DNA from: Thermodesulfobacteriota bacterium
GTDB taxonomy: Bacteria > Desulfobacterota > BSN033 > UBA1163
DNA: 64,000 nucleotides
Direction of reading: 5' to 3'
Assembly: GCA_047519465.1 (NCBI GenBank)
Contig: JAPVTA010000102.1
Coordinates: forward strand, 2,297-66,296
This document shows positions 28,781 through 39,492 of this stretch, piece after piece. The translations under genes and the position numbers were made by a program. A model generated the notes under the pieces. It worked only from the letters and a program-made list of their open reading frames with translations. It was not told where the DNA came from and searched no databases. How positions within the stretch are numbered: the stretch's first letter is position 1; each line of letters begins with the position of its first letter.

Positions 28781-30538
28781 TCAAGGTTTCGGAATCCCTT
28801 CCGAACTCCAGCCTCTCAGATAATAATAATCCTGGAGCAACCTCTGAAAGTCGTCACGCTTAACGACTTTTCCCTCTTTGCCCAGGGGCTCGTCAAAAAA
28901 TCTTTTTGGTAGGTTATCATCTCTCGGGCCGATTCCTTCCCTGAGATTGAACTTTCTGGTCTCATTTTGGATATTTGACGAAATTCTCCTTAGTCCGGAT
29001 TCACCCAATTTGAGACCTGTGGTGACCTCCACAATCTTCGAAAGGGAATCCCACTCCCAGTAGAGGTCGCGGTAGAATCGACATATAATTAAGGCATCAT
29101 GGATGTTAAAGCGATCTTCATATTCAAGAAAAAGTTTAGCCTTTCCTTCCACTTGTTCGGGAGAAATTGTGCCTGAAAGTTCTGGCCTGAAGAACGTGCT
29201 CCTCAAATGGCATGCCCCTCGGTCCGACGTCGCATAGGCCAATCCCATTCCCTTTAGCACTCGCGGCTCGTATCCAGCAGGCTCCATCCCTTTAACATGA
29301 ATGGCAATATCCTCTAACCCCCAAGTTTTGGCCGCATTCCGTATCCCTTCCGCCAGAACGCCACCAATCCCCTTCTTAAAAGCAATTTGGTGAAGAAATT
29401 CAGCGATCTTATCCACATCCCCCCAAGAAATTTTTTCTTGGATCCGTCCTCGCCCTGATGCCTCAATGGCGAAGGCGCAAAGGTTTCCAGCTGAGATGGT
29501 ATCCATACCGAGGCGGTCACAAATATCGTTAAGGTAAACCACCTCTTCGATTTCGCGGACCATACAGAGACCACCGAACGCGTAGATTGTCTCGTATTCT
29601 GGGCCCTCGATCCTAAGTCCTTTGTGCTTCCCATTTTTAACTTGGCTCATTCTACCACACGCAATAAAACAGCGGCGACAGGCATTCGGTTTCACTCGAC
29701 AACGCTCAAGAAGGGACTCCCCGCTAATACTTTCCCAACCCTCAAATGTTCCAAGGCGCCAATATTTGGAAGGAAATGCTTCAACCGAATTCGTCATACT
29801 TACCAGTATGGGAGTACCCAATCTATTAAAATTTTTAACGAAGGCACTATCCCTCCCTCTTTCTAATATTCCCCTCGAAAACTGTCGCAAACTGTCTGGA
29901 TCAGCAAACTGACGCTTTTTACTCCCATAAAAGACCATCGCTTTAATCTTTTTTGAACCCATTACGGCCCCAACGCCTGTCCTTCCCAAAGACCGCCAGT
30001 AATCATTCTCTATCACTGCAAAACGAACAAGGTTCTCTCCAGCAGGACCGATCACCAGTGCCCCCGCCCCTTTGAAATTCGTCTTCTCCAGAACTTGATC
30101 TTCGGTCGAGTAGGTATCTTTCCCCCAAAGATCCTTGGCATCGTGGAACAGAACTTTTTCGTTGGAGATTTCGATCCATGTAGGTTCAATGGCTGCATCT
30201 TCAATAATAAAGGCATCATATCCGCACCGGCTCATCGGCTCTGCCAATTTACCACCCGCGTAGGATTCAGAGAAGCCCCCTGTCAGAGGGGATTTAGTAA
30301 AGACGCTGTGGCGACACGATCCGTAGACTTGGCTATCGGTTGTAGGCCCTAAACAAAGGATCAACTTATTCTGTGGCGAAAAGGGATCGACTCCCGATGG
30401 ATTTTCCTTCATTAATAGATGAATCCCAAGCCCCTTGCCGCCCAGACAGGTTTCATATATCGAATCAGGAATTGCTTCTTCTTGGAATTCCTTTTTCTCC
30501 AGATTGATCCTCAAAATTTTGTTGAAGAAACCCTTCAT
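28781..30538 (-). CDS. aor: Tungsten-type aldehyde:ferredoxin oxidoreductase (AOR family)
   Basis: AOR_N domain (MKGFFNKILRINL...CLGGKGLG) plus C-terminal AFOR domains with 4Fe-4S Cys ligands; 585 aa. Confidence 0.85.
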   Translation of the reverse strand: MKGFFNKILRINLEKKEFQEEAIPDSIYETCLGGKGLGIHLLMKENPSGVDPFSPQNKLILCLGPTTDSQVYGSCRHSVFTKSPLTGGFSESYAGGKLAEPMSRCGYDAFIIEDAAIEPTWIEISNEKVLFHDAKDLWGKDTYSTEDQVLEKTNFKGAGALVIGPAGENLVRFAVIENDYWRSLGRTGVGAVMGSKKIKAMVFYGSKKRQFADPDSLRQFSRGILERGRDSAFVKNFNRLGTPILVSMTNSVEAFPSKYWRLGTFEGWESISGESLLERCRVKPNACRRCFIACGRMSQVKNGKHKGLRIEGPEYETIYAFGGLCMVREIEEVVYLNDICDRLGMDTISAGNLCAFAIEASGRGRIQEKISWGDVDKIAEFLHQIAFKKGIGGVLAEGIRNAAKTWGLEDIAIHVKGMEPAGYEPRVLKGMGLAYATSDRGACHLRSTFFRPELSGTISPEQVEGKAKLFLEYEDRFNIHDALIICRFYRDLYWEWDSLSKIVEVTTGLKLGESGLRRISSNIQNETRKFNLREGIGPRDDNLPKRFFDEPLGKEGKVVKRDDFQRLLQDYYYLRGWSSEGIPKP

Positions 30539-30585
30539 TCATGTCCTCCTGTATTAAACCGTTTATTGAAAATGGGGATATGGGA

Positions 30586-31752
30586 TTAGAGGTCTCCAGC
30601 AAAGGCTTGTTTGTATAGTCTTTTAATATCGTCGACTGTGCTTCGACGAGGGTTGGTTTCCATGAGCCCTGTTCTTACTGCATCCTCAGCCATTGCCGAA
30701 ATCCCTTCTTCTTTGGCCCCTGTGTTCTTAAGCGTTGGAGATATTCCCAAGTCGGAGAGGAGGTTCGTAACTGCATAAACGGACTTCAACGCTTCCTCTC
30801 TCGATGTTAAGCCTTCTGTGTTTTCACCCAAAGCACGAGCGATCATGCCGAATTTCGTCGGCTTGACCAAACAGTTAAACTTCGTCACGTAGGGGAGAAG
30901 GACTGCATTGGCCAACCCATGGGGCAAATTATAGTGGCCCCCGAGAGGGTGGGACATGGCATGAACATTGCCAAGGCGGGCATTTGTGAAAGCTCCTCCT
31001 GCCATGGTGCAGGCTGCTTGCATGGCCATGGCCGCTTGGAGATTAGAAGGGTTAGCCGCAAAAAGCCGAAGGTTTTGGCCAACCAGCTCAATGGCCTTAT
31101 AAGACAAAGCGTCTGTGAAAAGGCTCGCCTTTATGGAAACGAAGGCCTCAATTGCATGGGTGAGTGTATCCATGCCGGTGGTTGCGGCCAACCAGGGAGG
31201 GGAGGAAGTCACCATGATCGGATCCAGGATCGCAAATCGCGGGAATAAAGCATAGCCTGAAATGATCATCTTAAAATTTCGTTTTGCGTCTGTGACGATT
31301 TGTCCTCGGGTGACTTCGCTTCCACTTCCAGTTGTAGTAGGAATTGCTATTAAGGGGAATGGCATATTGGAAAATTTGTTAAATCCTTCATAATCTATAA
31401 TCGAACCCGGGTTGGTCATCAGAAGCCCTACCGACTTTGCTGTATCGATGACGCTTCCGCCTCCAATGGCTATGATCATGTCGCAACGCTGATCCCGGCA
31501 GAAAGCCGTAGTCTTCTCAACGTTTTCGACCGTCGGATTAGGTTCAACATCCTTATAGACTGAAAATGGTATATCCTTTTCGAAAAGATTAGTGACAAGA
31601 GCGGGCAATCCTGCAAGATCTACTCCCCGGTCGGTGACAATCAGAACTTTTCGGCCGCCAAGGCTTTTAAGAACATCTGGAACCTGTTGAACGGCTCCTG
31701 GGCCTGAAATAATTCGCGTAGCAATCCCAAATTCAAACATATCCCCGTTCAT
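30586..31752 (-). CDS. Iron-containing alcohol dehydrogenase
   Basis: Fe-ADH fold motifs (GGGSVIDTAK, metal-binding His cluster); start set at ATG 8 nt after aaggagg. Confidence 0.85.
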   Translation of the reverse strand: MNGDMFEFGIATRIISGPGAVQQVPDVLKSLGGRKVLIVTDRGVDLAGLPALVTNLFEKDIPFSVYKDVEPNPTVENVEKTTAFCRDQRCDMIIAIGGGSVIDTAKSVGLLMTNPGSIIDYEGFNKFSNMPFPLIAIPTTTGSGSEVTRGQIVTDAKRNFKMIISGYALFPRFAILDPIMVTSSPPWLAATTGMDTLTHAIEAFVSIKASLFTDALSYKAIELVGQNLRLFAANPSNLQAAMAMQAACTMAGGAFTNARLGNVHAMSHPLGGHYNLPHGLANAVLLPYVTKFNCLVKPTKFGMIARALGENTEGLTSREEALKSVYAVTNLLSDLGISPTLKNTGAKEEGISAMAEDAVRTGLMETNPRRSTVDDIKRLYKQAFAGDL

Positions 31753-31874
31753 TACAAAACCTCCTTTTTGGCCGAACCTACTTAACGAATTCGCCTCCAT
31801 CCATGCCAATGATAGAACCTGTCACGAAATCACTTGCCGACGAAGCCGAAAATACCACAGGAGGACCGACCTCC

Positions 31875-33047
31875 TCATTCCCTCTCAACAAGCAGAGCTG
31901 TGGCCACTCCACCCATGCCACAAAGCGTAGCAAGTCCTCGTTTTGAATTACGCCGGATCATTTCGTGAATAAGGGTAACGACAATACGGGCTCCCGTGCA
32001 ACCCACCGGATGGCCCAGGGCAACCCCGCTCCCATTCACGTTGGTTCTTTCACGAGGCAAACCGAGAAGCTTCTCAACCGCCAGATATTGGGCAGCATCA
32101 ATTAGATTTAACGTCAACCCGGTCTTTCCAAGAATTTTTTGAACCGCTGGAACCGGACCGTAACCCATCAACTCTGCCTCCACACCTGCAACCGAGTAGG
32201 AGGCGATTCGAGCCATGGGCTTGATTCCGAGTTCTTTAACCTTCTTCTTCGACATGAGAATTAATGCAGCCGCCCCATCATTGATCCCACACGCGTTTCC
32301 TGCAGTGATGGTTCCTCCTTCTTTAAAAATAGGCGGAAGCTTAGCTAAATCATTCATGCTTAAGTTGGGTCGAGGATGCTCATCCGTATCAATGACTTTA
32401 GGAGGCCCCTTCTTTTGCGGGAGAGATACGGGAACGATTTCTTCCTTAAATCTTCCCTTAGCAATCGCATCGCAGGCATTTTGTTGACTCCGAAGAGCGA
32501 TCTCGTCTTGCTCTTGGCGGGAGATATCATATTTTTCTACAAGATTCTCTGCTGTACGACCCATCATCATTTTGGCAATCGCGCAGGTAAACCCTTCCCA
32601 AACTGTGTCGGACATGACCCCATGCTGAAGTCTCTGGCCCCAGCGTGCGGTCCGAAGCACATAAGGAGCCGAACTCATCGACTCCACTCCTCCAGCCATG
32701 ACCACCTCCGCATCCCCCAGGCGGATCATCTGAGCGCCGAAGATGATGGCGCGCATGGCAGAAGTGCAAACCTTATTGATCGTCACCCCTGGAACTTCTT
32801 TTGAGAATCCTGCCTTCATCGCCATCACCCTAGCGGTATTACACTGGTCCAACTGTTGGTGACATTCTCCCCAAACGATGTCCTCTACCCAGCTTTTCTC
32901 GATTCCTGCCCTTTTCACCGCTTCTTGAGCGACCACAACGGATAGGTCATCTGCTCTGACATCTCTAAGCCCTCCTCCAAATTCACCGATGGCTGTTCTA
33001 CAAGCACTCACAATATATACATCTCTTGAATCCGACTTTTCCATCAA
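31875..33047 (-). CDS. Acetyl-CoA C-acetyltransferase (thiolase II)
   Basis: Active-site Cys region (VNKVCTSAM), C-terminal GHPVGCTGAR and CGMGG motifs. Confidence 0.85.
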   Translation of the reverse strand: MMEKSDSRDVYIVSACRTAIGEFGGGLRDVRADDLSVVVAQEAVKRAGIEKSWVEDIVWGECHQQLDQCNTARVMAMKAGFSKEVPGVTINKVCTSAMRAIIFGAQMIRLGDAEVVMAGGVESMSSAPYVLRTARWGQRLQHGVMSDTVWEGFTCAIAKMMMGRTAENLVEKYDISRQEQDEIALRSQQNACDAIAKGRFKEEIVPVSLPQKKGPPKVIDTDEHPRPNLSMNDLAKLPPIFKEGGTITAGNACGINDGAAALILMSKKKVKELGIKPMARIASYSVAGVEAELMGYGPVPAVQKILGKTGLTLNLIDAAQYLAVEKLLGLPRERTNVNGSGVALGHPVGCTGARIVVTLIHEMIRRNSKRGLATLCGMGGVATALLVERE

Positions 33048-33095
33048 TTCGTCTCCTCCCCTGTTCTGAGTAGATTGCCTATGAATGGATCTATG

Positions 33096-34673
33096 CTACG
33101 CCTCTTCATACTTACCAAATAACTCCCTGATCTCCTTGAGCTGGATTCTTCCTGCCTCATCCTTTGGCAGGTTTTCAGCGAACTCGAAATATTTTGGAAC
33201 TTGAAATCTGGCAAGGTACCGTTGACAATGGGCTCTCAATTCCTCTTCGGTAACGGATGAGCCCCTTTTTAAACTGATAACGGCTTTAATCGCTTCTCCC
33301 CATTGCTCATGAGGGACTCCAATGACAACCGCTTCATTGATTCCGGGATGGAGCAAGAGGGTTTGCTCTATTTCGGTTGGGGATACCATAAACCCCCCTG
33401 TTTTGATCATAAAATCCTTCCTCCCCTTCAGATACAGATACCCGTCTTCATCGAAGATACCCATATCCTTCGTGTAGAGCCAGCCATTTTTGAATGTTTT
33501 CTTATTGAGCTCCGGATTATTCCAATATCCCGGCGAAACCGCATCTCCGCTGATGAGAACTTCCCCCAACTCTCCTGAAGGGACTTCTTCACCTTGGTCA
33601 TTCACAATCTTCACTTTTGTGCTCAACAAAGGCTTCCCAACAGACTGCAATCTTCTCTTCTCTTTCTCAGTAGCATTGGGACGAAGGCCTGCCTCGATCT
33701 CGTGGGGAAGAAGGCGGGTGCCCACGGCAACGGTTTCAGATAGGCCGTACATTTTTGCCGTATAGGAAACTCCGCAGAATTCCATGAGCTCCCGCAATTC
33801 TTTCTCAGAATGAGATTGTCCTGCTGTGGTGACTTTTCTTAGACTGCTCAGGTCATATTTCTTCCCGCTGGTTCTAACAAAATCCCATACAGGCGTCATC
33901 CTGGATTTTGTCGTAAGAATAACCGTCACCTTTTCTCTTTCGATCACTTCGCCACAGGTATTTCCCTTCAAAACATACATGATGACAGAGCAGCCAGCCA
34001 AGGCTGGAGCGATCAATTGCACCTGACCACCCACGCCGGCACAAAACGGAGCCGAAACCAGGGCAACATCGTCGTGTCCGAACTTTTCAGCAAAGAGGCA
34101 GGACTCGATACAGTAAGTAATTCTGTTTCTGTGTGTGGACAGAACACCTTTCGGCAGGCCGGTCGTACCACTTGAATAGGTGATCATCACCAGGTCATCT
34201 TCTTTAATATCAATTTCGGGTTCTGAAATTGGATATGGCTGAATAAAGGATTCGTATTCCATGCGAAAATTTTGTTGGCCAGAGAAACCGATGAAATGCT
34301 CTACTCCTTTTAATCGAGATGAGATGTCATGGACGAGTCTGGCAAATTGATCTTGAACAAAAAGAAGTTTAGGGGCGGCACTGTTGATGATTCCTTCCAA
34401 TTGTTTTTCATGGAGTCGATAATTTAACGGACAACCGATGGCACCTGTTTTTGCCACAGCAAATTGAAATTCAGCACATTGTGACGAATTCTCGGAAATC
34501 ATTCCCACCCTGTCGCCCTTCTTGATACCAAGACCGATCATGGCATTTGAAAGGCGATTCACTCGCTCATTAAACTCTTTCCAGGTGAATTTCACTCCGC
34601 TTTGAGCATCCACAATGCCAATCTTATCGGGGAAGACCCGGGCATTGCTAACAGCGATATCCCCTAAAACCAT
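33096..34673 (-). CDS. AMP-dependent acyl/aryl-CoA ligase
   Basis: AMP-binding motif YSSGTTGLPKG and downstream adenylation motifs; 525 aa. Confidence 0.85.
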   Translation of the reverse strand: MVLGDIAVSNARVFPDKIGIVDAQSGVKFTWKEFNERVNRLSNAMIGLGIKKGDRVGMISENSSQCAEFQFAVAKTGAIGCPLNYRLHEKQLEGIINSAAPKLLFVQDQFARLVHDISSRLKGVEHFIGFSGQQNFRMEYESFIQPYPISEPEIDIKEDDLVMITYSSGTTGLPKGVLSTHRNRITYCIESCLFAEKFGHDDVALVSAPFCAGVGGQVQLIAPALAGCSVIMYVLKGNTCGEVIEREKVTVILTTKSRMTPVWDFVRTSGKKYDLSSLRKVTTAGQSHSEKELRELMEFCGVSYTAKMYGLSETVAVGTRLLPHEIEAGLRPNATEKEKRRLQSVGKPLLSTKVKIVNDQGEEVPSGELGEVLISGDAVSPGYWNNPELNKKTFKNGWLYTKDMGIFDEDGYLYLKGRKDFMIKTGGFMVSPTEIEQTLLLHPGINEAVVIGVPHEQWGEAIKAVISLKRGSSVTEEELRAHCQRYLARFQVPKYFEFAENLPKDEAGRIQLKEIRELFGKYEEA

Positions 34674-34751
34674 TTTCTTTCCTTTTGATCACGTAAGCAT
34701 AAAGATACGCTTTCACCTGAAGGACGACTCCACAATAATGGAGCAGAGAAT

Positions 34752-35918
34752 TCATTTTTTCTGCTCAAACCCAAATTCCTTATACACTTCTCGTTGAATG
34801 AGAAACCTCATGATTTCACTCGTCCCTCCGCCAAAGCCATAGACCCGCGTATCTCTAAACAGCCTCTCAATAATGCTATCCTTCGAGTATCCAAAGGCTC
34901 CATGGACTTGGAGGGCCTGGTCAGCAATTCTAAAAGAAGCTTCTGAGGCAAACAGCTTGGCGATGGCAGCCTCTTTTTCTATGGATAATCCTTGGTCGTA
35001 CATCCTTGCGGCTCTTACAATAAGAAGTCTCGCGGCATCCAGTGCCACTTTCATATCAGCAATTTTAAAGTTGATCCCTTCAAATTGCTTAATCTTCCGC
35101 CCAAATTGCTCCCTGTTTGCCGAATATTTTACCGCCTCTTCAAAAGCCCTTCGAGCACATCCAAGGCCACGACTGGCAATATCAATTCGCTCGCTTTGAA
35201 GTTCGTCCATTAAGACGGCCCACCCCTCGTTCTCCTTACCAAGGATATTTGCCTTGGGCACCTTACAATCTTCAAACTTAATATGGGAATGAGAGGATCC
35301 TAGGACTCCCATTGATCTTAGATTTCGAACAACCTTAAACCCGGGAGTGCCTTTTTCCACTATCAAAGCGCTCATGCCTTGATGAGGGTGGACATCACGG
35401 TTCGTTATAGCAAAAACACATATGAAGGAGGCAAAACTCGAGTTGGATATCCAGGTTTTTTCACCACTGAGAATGTAAACATCTCCTTTTCTCGCTGCAT
35501 TCGTCTGCATGCCTGCCGCATCGGACCCCCCTCTCGGCTCGGTGATTGCTATGGCGCCAAATTCCAGGCCCTTGATGACCGGCGGCAGATACTTTCTCTT
35601 TTGCTCCGGAGTTCCCCAGTGATTTACGGGCACCGCAAAATAAACAGTGCTTACTGCTCTGGAAATATCAGCGGCTGGGCTATAGTAACAAATCTCTTCC
35701 GATACAATGTGGTTGCAGATCAGTCCCTTCGCAGTTCCTCCAAATTCTTTAGGGTGCAACACACCCATGTAACCCTCTGCTCCCAACTTCTTTAGAAATT
35801 CAAAAGGTACTTCCTCTTTGTTTTCCACCTCTTCAGCAATGGGTTCCAATTCTGCTTTCAGAAATCGTCCCAAGTTCATTCGAAATTTATTTTCTTCCTC
35901 AGTATAGAAAAGCTCCAT
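34752..35918 (-). CDS. Acyl-CoA dehydrogenase
   Basis: ACAD N, middle and C domains; catalytic Glu region near the C-terminus. Confidence 0.85.
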   Translation of the reverse strand: MELFYTEEENKFRMNLGRFLKAELEPIAEEVENKEEVPFEFLKKLGAEGYMGVLHPKEFGGTAKGLICNHIVSEEICYYSPAADISRAVSTVYFAVPVNHWGTPEQKRKYLPPVIKGLEFGAIAITEPRGGSDAAGMQTNAARKGDVYILSGEKTWISNSSFASFICVFAITNRDVHPHQGMSALIVEKGTPGFKVVRNLRSMGVLGSSHSHIKFEDCKVPKANILGKENEGWAVLMDELQSERIDIASRGLGCARRAFEEAVKYSANREQFGRKIKQFEGINFKIADMKVALDAARLLIVRAARMYDQGLSIEKEAAIAKLFASEASFRIADQALQVHGAFGYSKDSIIERLFRDTRVYGFGGGTSEIMRFLIQREVYKEFGFEQKK

Positions 35919-36092
35919 CTTTTGTTCTTGCTCCTTTCCCTTAGAAATAGAGCCGTCCGGAAAAAATCATCCTGGGACGTCCACTCAGACGTTAAAATTC
36001 GCCTCATTTATCAATTTCAAAGAGTCAATATTATTTCTTCCCTCCGATATCATCTCCCTTTCAAGACAGATTGGAATGATTTAGGCCCGTCA

Positions 36093-36797
36093 TCATGCAA
36101 GGCCTAAATAAGCTTCTTTAACGTGCTTGTCGGCTATCACATTCTCTCGACTTCCTTCTATAGCGATCTGACCGTTCTCCATCACATAGATTTTTTCAGC
36201 GGTACTGAAAGCCAGTCGAGAGTCTTGCTCTGCCAAAAGGACTGTAATCCCTTCCCTTCTAATTTCTTTAAGAGTCCCGCTGATTATTTCTTTAACTTTC
36301 GGAGCAAGACCAAAGGATGGCTCGTCAAGCATTAAGAGCTTGGGATTCGACATAAGCGATCTCGCAACGGCGAGCATCTGTTGTTCTCCACCACTTAAGG
36401 TACCGGCCAAATTCCTTTCTCTCTCTCTTAACTGTGGGAAGAGGACAAATATCTTATCGAGATCTCGGCGAAATCCTACTCTATCTTTCCGCAGATAAGC
36501 CCCCATTTCCAGGTTCCGCCAAACCGTCATCCCTGAAAAGAGCCGTCTCCTTTCCGGACAGAGAACGATTCGTCTCTTCACGATTTCGTATGGAGGCAAG
36601 TGATTTATAGCATTCCCCTCAAATCTGATATTTCCTCTCCCTGGGGTTAATCCTGTTATCGTTCTCACGAGTGTCGTTTTGCCCGCTCCGTTCGGACCAA
36701 TCACCGCAGCGAGTTCTTTACTTTCCAACGTCATTGTAATACCTTGCAAAATAGCCGCCTTTCCGTAGGAAACATACAGATTGACAATTTCAAGTAG
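36093..36797 (-). CDS. livF: Branched-chain-amino-acid-type ABC transporter ATP-binding protein (LivF-like)
   Basis: Walker A GPNGAGKTT, signature LSGGEQQ, Walker B LLMLDEP; start approximate (overlaps livG stop). Confidence 0.8.
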   Translation of the reverse strand, partial: LLEIVNLYVSYGKAAILQGITMTLESKELAAVIGPNGAGKTTLVRTITGLTPGRGNIRFEGNAINHLPPYEIVKRRIVLCPERRRLFSGMTVWRNLEMGAYLRKDRVGFRRDLDKIFVLFPQLRERERNLAGTLSGGEQQMLAVARSLMSNPKLLMLDEPSFGLAPKVKEIISGTLKEIRREGITVLLAEQDSRLAFSTAEKIYVMENGQIAIEGSRENVIADKHVKEAYLGLA

Positions 36798-37536
36798 ACT
36801 CAAGGGAATACCCTCCAGACCCAAGGTAGGCCTCGATCACCTTTTCATGACGGACGATCTCCTTCGGACTTCCGTCTGCGATTTTTTGACCGAAGTCCAA
36901 TACAATTACCCTTTGCACAATCTTCATCAGCTCTCTCAGTTTATGTTCCACGATAATGATACTGATTTCTTTTCGATGCAGAGCTTGAATCAACGATGTT
37001 AAATGGGCAATTTCATCGAGGGTTAACCCTGCAAAAGGTTCATCCAAAAGCAAAAGTTCGGGATTTGTAGCGAGTGCCCTTGCGATCTCTAATTGTTTAA
37101 GATTTCCTTGCGTTAAAGTCTCAGGAAACATCTCCTTTTTTTCTTTTAGGCCCACAACCTCTATGATTTCCTGCGCTTTTTCTCTGATGGGTTGTATCTC
37201 TCCTGGGGACCTAAGATTTGGGAGCAGCGAAACGATTACGTTTTCAAAAAGAGTCAATGAATGGAAGGGTTTTGGGATTTGAAATGTTTTGGTGATCCCT
37301 TTTTTGACAATTTTGTGCGGCTTCAATCCGTGGATCGCTTCTCCTTTAAACTTTATGCCCCCCTTAGTAGGTCTTAAGAACCCACAGATAAGGTTAAAAA
37401 GAGTTGTCTTCCCAGCACCATTGGGGCCAATTAGACCCAATATTTCCTGCCTCTCTAAAAAAAATGACAGATCCGAAATTGCTCTCAGCCCCCCGAAGTT
37501 CTTGGATACATCATCGATTTCCAGAATCTTATACAT
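36790..37536 (-). CDS. livG: ABC transporter ATP-binding protein (LivG-like)
   Basis: Walker A GPNGAGKTT, Q-loop, signature region; 248 aa. Confidence 0.8.
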   Translation of the reverse strand: MYKILEIDDVSKNFGGLRAISDLSFFLERQEILGLIGPNGAGKTTLFNLICGFLRPTKGGIKFKGEAIHGLKPHKIVKKGITKTFQIPKPFHSLTLFENVIVSLLPNLRSPGEIQPIREKAQEIIEVVGLKEKKEMFPETLTQGNLKQLEIARALATNPELLLLDEPFAGLTLDEIAHLTSLIQALHRKEISIIIVEHKLRELMKIVQRVIVLDFGQKIADGSPKEIVRHEKVIEAYLGSGGYSLEST

Positions 37537-37548
37537 TGTGAAATGTCC

Positions 37549-38520
37549 CTATCGGGTTCCTTGAGGAAATGGGTTCCTTTTTTTAAAAATAGTCGAGATA
37601 AATTTAGTCACCCCGGGAATAATTCCCTCAGGCATAAGAAGAAAAATGATGATCGTAATTAAGGAGTAGATGAGGAGCCTGAACTCTCCAATTTCACGCA
37701 ACAGTTCGTTCATGATGATTAAGAGGTAGGCCCCTCCGACAGAGCCAATGATGGTCCTCATTCCTCCTACGATGGTAATCATGATGATAAGGATGCCCAC
37801 GCGTATACCGAAAACCTCTGGGCCAACGTGCGTCATATAATGTGTCATGAAGGCTCCCCAAAACCCGCCCAAAAAACTACTGACCAGGAATACCGTGAGC
37901 TTATATCGAGTAGTATTAATTCCGACGGCTTCAGCCGCTTCCTGGTCATTCCGAATGGATTGTATAATCAGCCCCATCTTGCTCTTCACGAAAACGAAAA
38001 GAAATCCAGCAGTAACCAACATCATGATTAATGACGCGTAGTAATTGACAATCCTGCTTAGGGAAAATGGAACAACTCCTGAGAGGCCCTCAAATCCATT
38101 CGTGATATCATGAAATACGAGAATGATTTTTTCGCATATGGCAGCGGATGCGAAAGAGGCAAAGGCCAAATATAAGCCTCTGAGACGCAAACAGGAAATG
38201 CCAAGGAGAAGGCCAAAGAATGCCCCGATGAGCCCTCCCAAGGGCATTGTCAACCACGGAGACATTCCAAAGGCTAAGCTAAAGGAGGCAGCCGTATAGC
38301 CTCCCACTCCAACAAAAAGGCCATATCCTATAACTCCCAGACCTGTATACCCCAACAGTAGATCGAAACTGGCTCCCAGCGCCGCGTAGATGTTGGCAAT
38401 GACCAGAATCCCCCAGATATAGGGATCTCTGATGAGAACCGGAATCAGGAATGAGAATAGAATGAAACCGAAAGTGAACGCGTGACTCTGAGTGAGAGGC
38501 TCCTTTTTTATATATCGCAT
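37549..38520 (-). CDS. livM: ABC transporter permease (LivM-like)
   Basis: Polytopic membrane protein, BPD_transp_2 family. Confidence 0.75.
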   Translation of the reverse strand: MRYIKKEPLTQSHAFTFGFILFSFLIPVLIRDPYIWGILVIANIYAALGASFDLLLGYTGLGVIGYGLFVGVGGYTAASFSLAFGMSPWLTMPLGGLIGAFFGLLLGISCLRLRGLYLAFASFASAAICEKIILVFHDITNGFEGLSGVVPFSLSRIVNYYASLIMMLVTAGFLFVFVKSKMGLIIQSIRNDQEAAEAVGINTTRYKLTVFLVSSFLGGFWGAFMTHYMTHVGPEVFGIRVGILIIMITIVGGMRTIIGSVGGAYLLIIMNELLREIGEFRLLIYSLITIIIFLLMPEGIIPGVTKFISTIFKKRNPFPQGTR

Positions 38521-38526
38521 AAGTGT

Positions 38527-39387
38527 TTACCCTTCCACCTTAGACCCCATTAAGCCCGACGGCCTAAGAACAATGACAAGAAAGAGGATAACCATTGCCA
38601 CCAGTTCAGTAGCTCGAGGAGAAATTGCAAAGGAAACGATCGTCTCACTATACCCTAGTATAAAAGCAGCGAGGATACTCCCTTCTACACTTCCCAAGCC
38701 GCCAAGAAGAACAATCGTAAATGCTTTTGCGAATGGCATGATCCACATGACCGGGCTTGCGCTTAAGAAAGGAACGACTAAAATACCTGCCAGACAGGCC
38801 AGAAAAGCAGCAAGCCCGTTCACGAGCAAGATGATTTTATTTGAATTTATTCCCATTAAGGAAGCAGCCTCAGGGTCTTGAGAGACAGATAAGATCGCTC
38901 CTCCAATCCGTGTCTTTGAAATGAATGCCCAGAGACCGGAGATGACCAAAAAAGACACAACGACAACCAATAACCTCTGAGATGGAACGCTCACGCCGGC
39001 AAACAAGATTCTTCCGCTGATATAGGACGGGATAGCCCGGGGTTGTGGGCCATAACCCAGCATAATAACCTCTTCAAAGAAGAGGGCAAGAATCAAGGTG
39101 ATCACCAAAATGCCATGAAATCGATCGCCCTTTATAGGCCTCAAACACAAGATATCAACCAAGATGGCAATCAAAGCCACGACAAGCAATGAAATAGGGA
39201 TACTAATGATAAGGGGTAACTTAAGGCTGCTGAAGGTCGTATAAAGAGCGTAGGCCCCTAACATATAGAACGCACCATGAGCTAAATTCATCACCCGGGC
39301 TATCCCAATGATGAGCGTAAGACCAAGGGCCAGCATCGCATAGACCGCACTCGTCACAAGGCCGTAGATCAAAATTTCTGCAAACAC
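38527..39387 (-). CDS. livH: ABC transporter permease (LivH-like)
   Basis: Polytopic membrane protein with the NLAHGAFYMLGAY motif. Confidence 0.75.
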   Translation of the reverse strand: MFAEILIYGLVTSAVYAMLALGLTLIIGIARVMNLAHGAFYMLGAYALYTTFSSLKLPLIISIPISLLVVALIAILVDILCLRPIKGDRFHGILVITLILALFFEEVIMLGYGPQPRAIPSYISGRILFAGVSVPSQRLLVVVVSFLVISGLWAFISKTRIGGAILSVSQDPEAASLMGINSNKIILLVNGLAAFLACLAGILVVPFLSASPVMWIMPFAKAFTIVLLGGLGSVEGSILAAFILGYSETIVSFAISPRATELVAMVILFLVIVLRPSGLMGSKVEG

Positions 39388-39492
39388 TCCCTCGCTCCCC
39401 TTTATGGCATCTCAGACTCGTTTAAAAACTACTCGAAAGGTTTTTCAGCATACCCAACTGCCTTGGGAACGTTTCTTATGCACCTGGCGCGA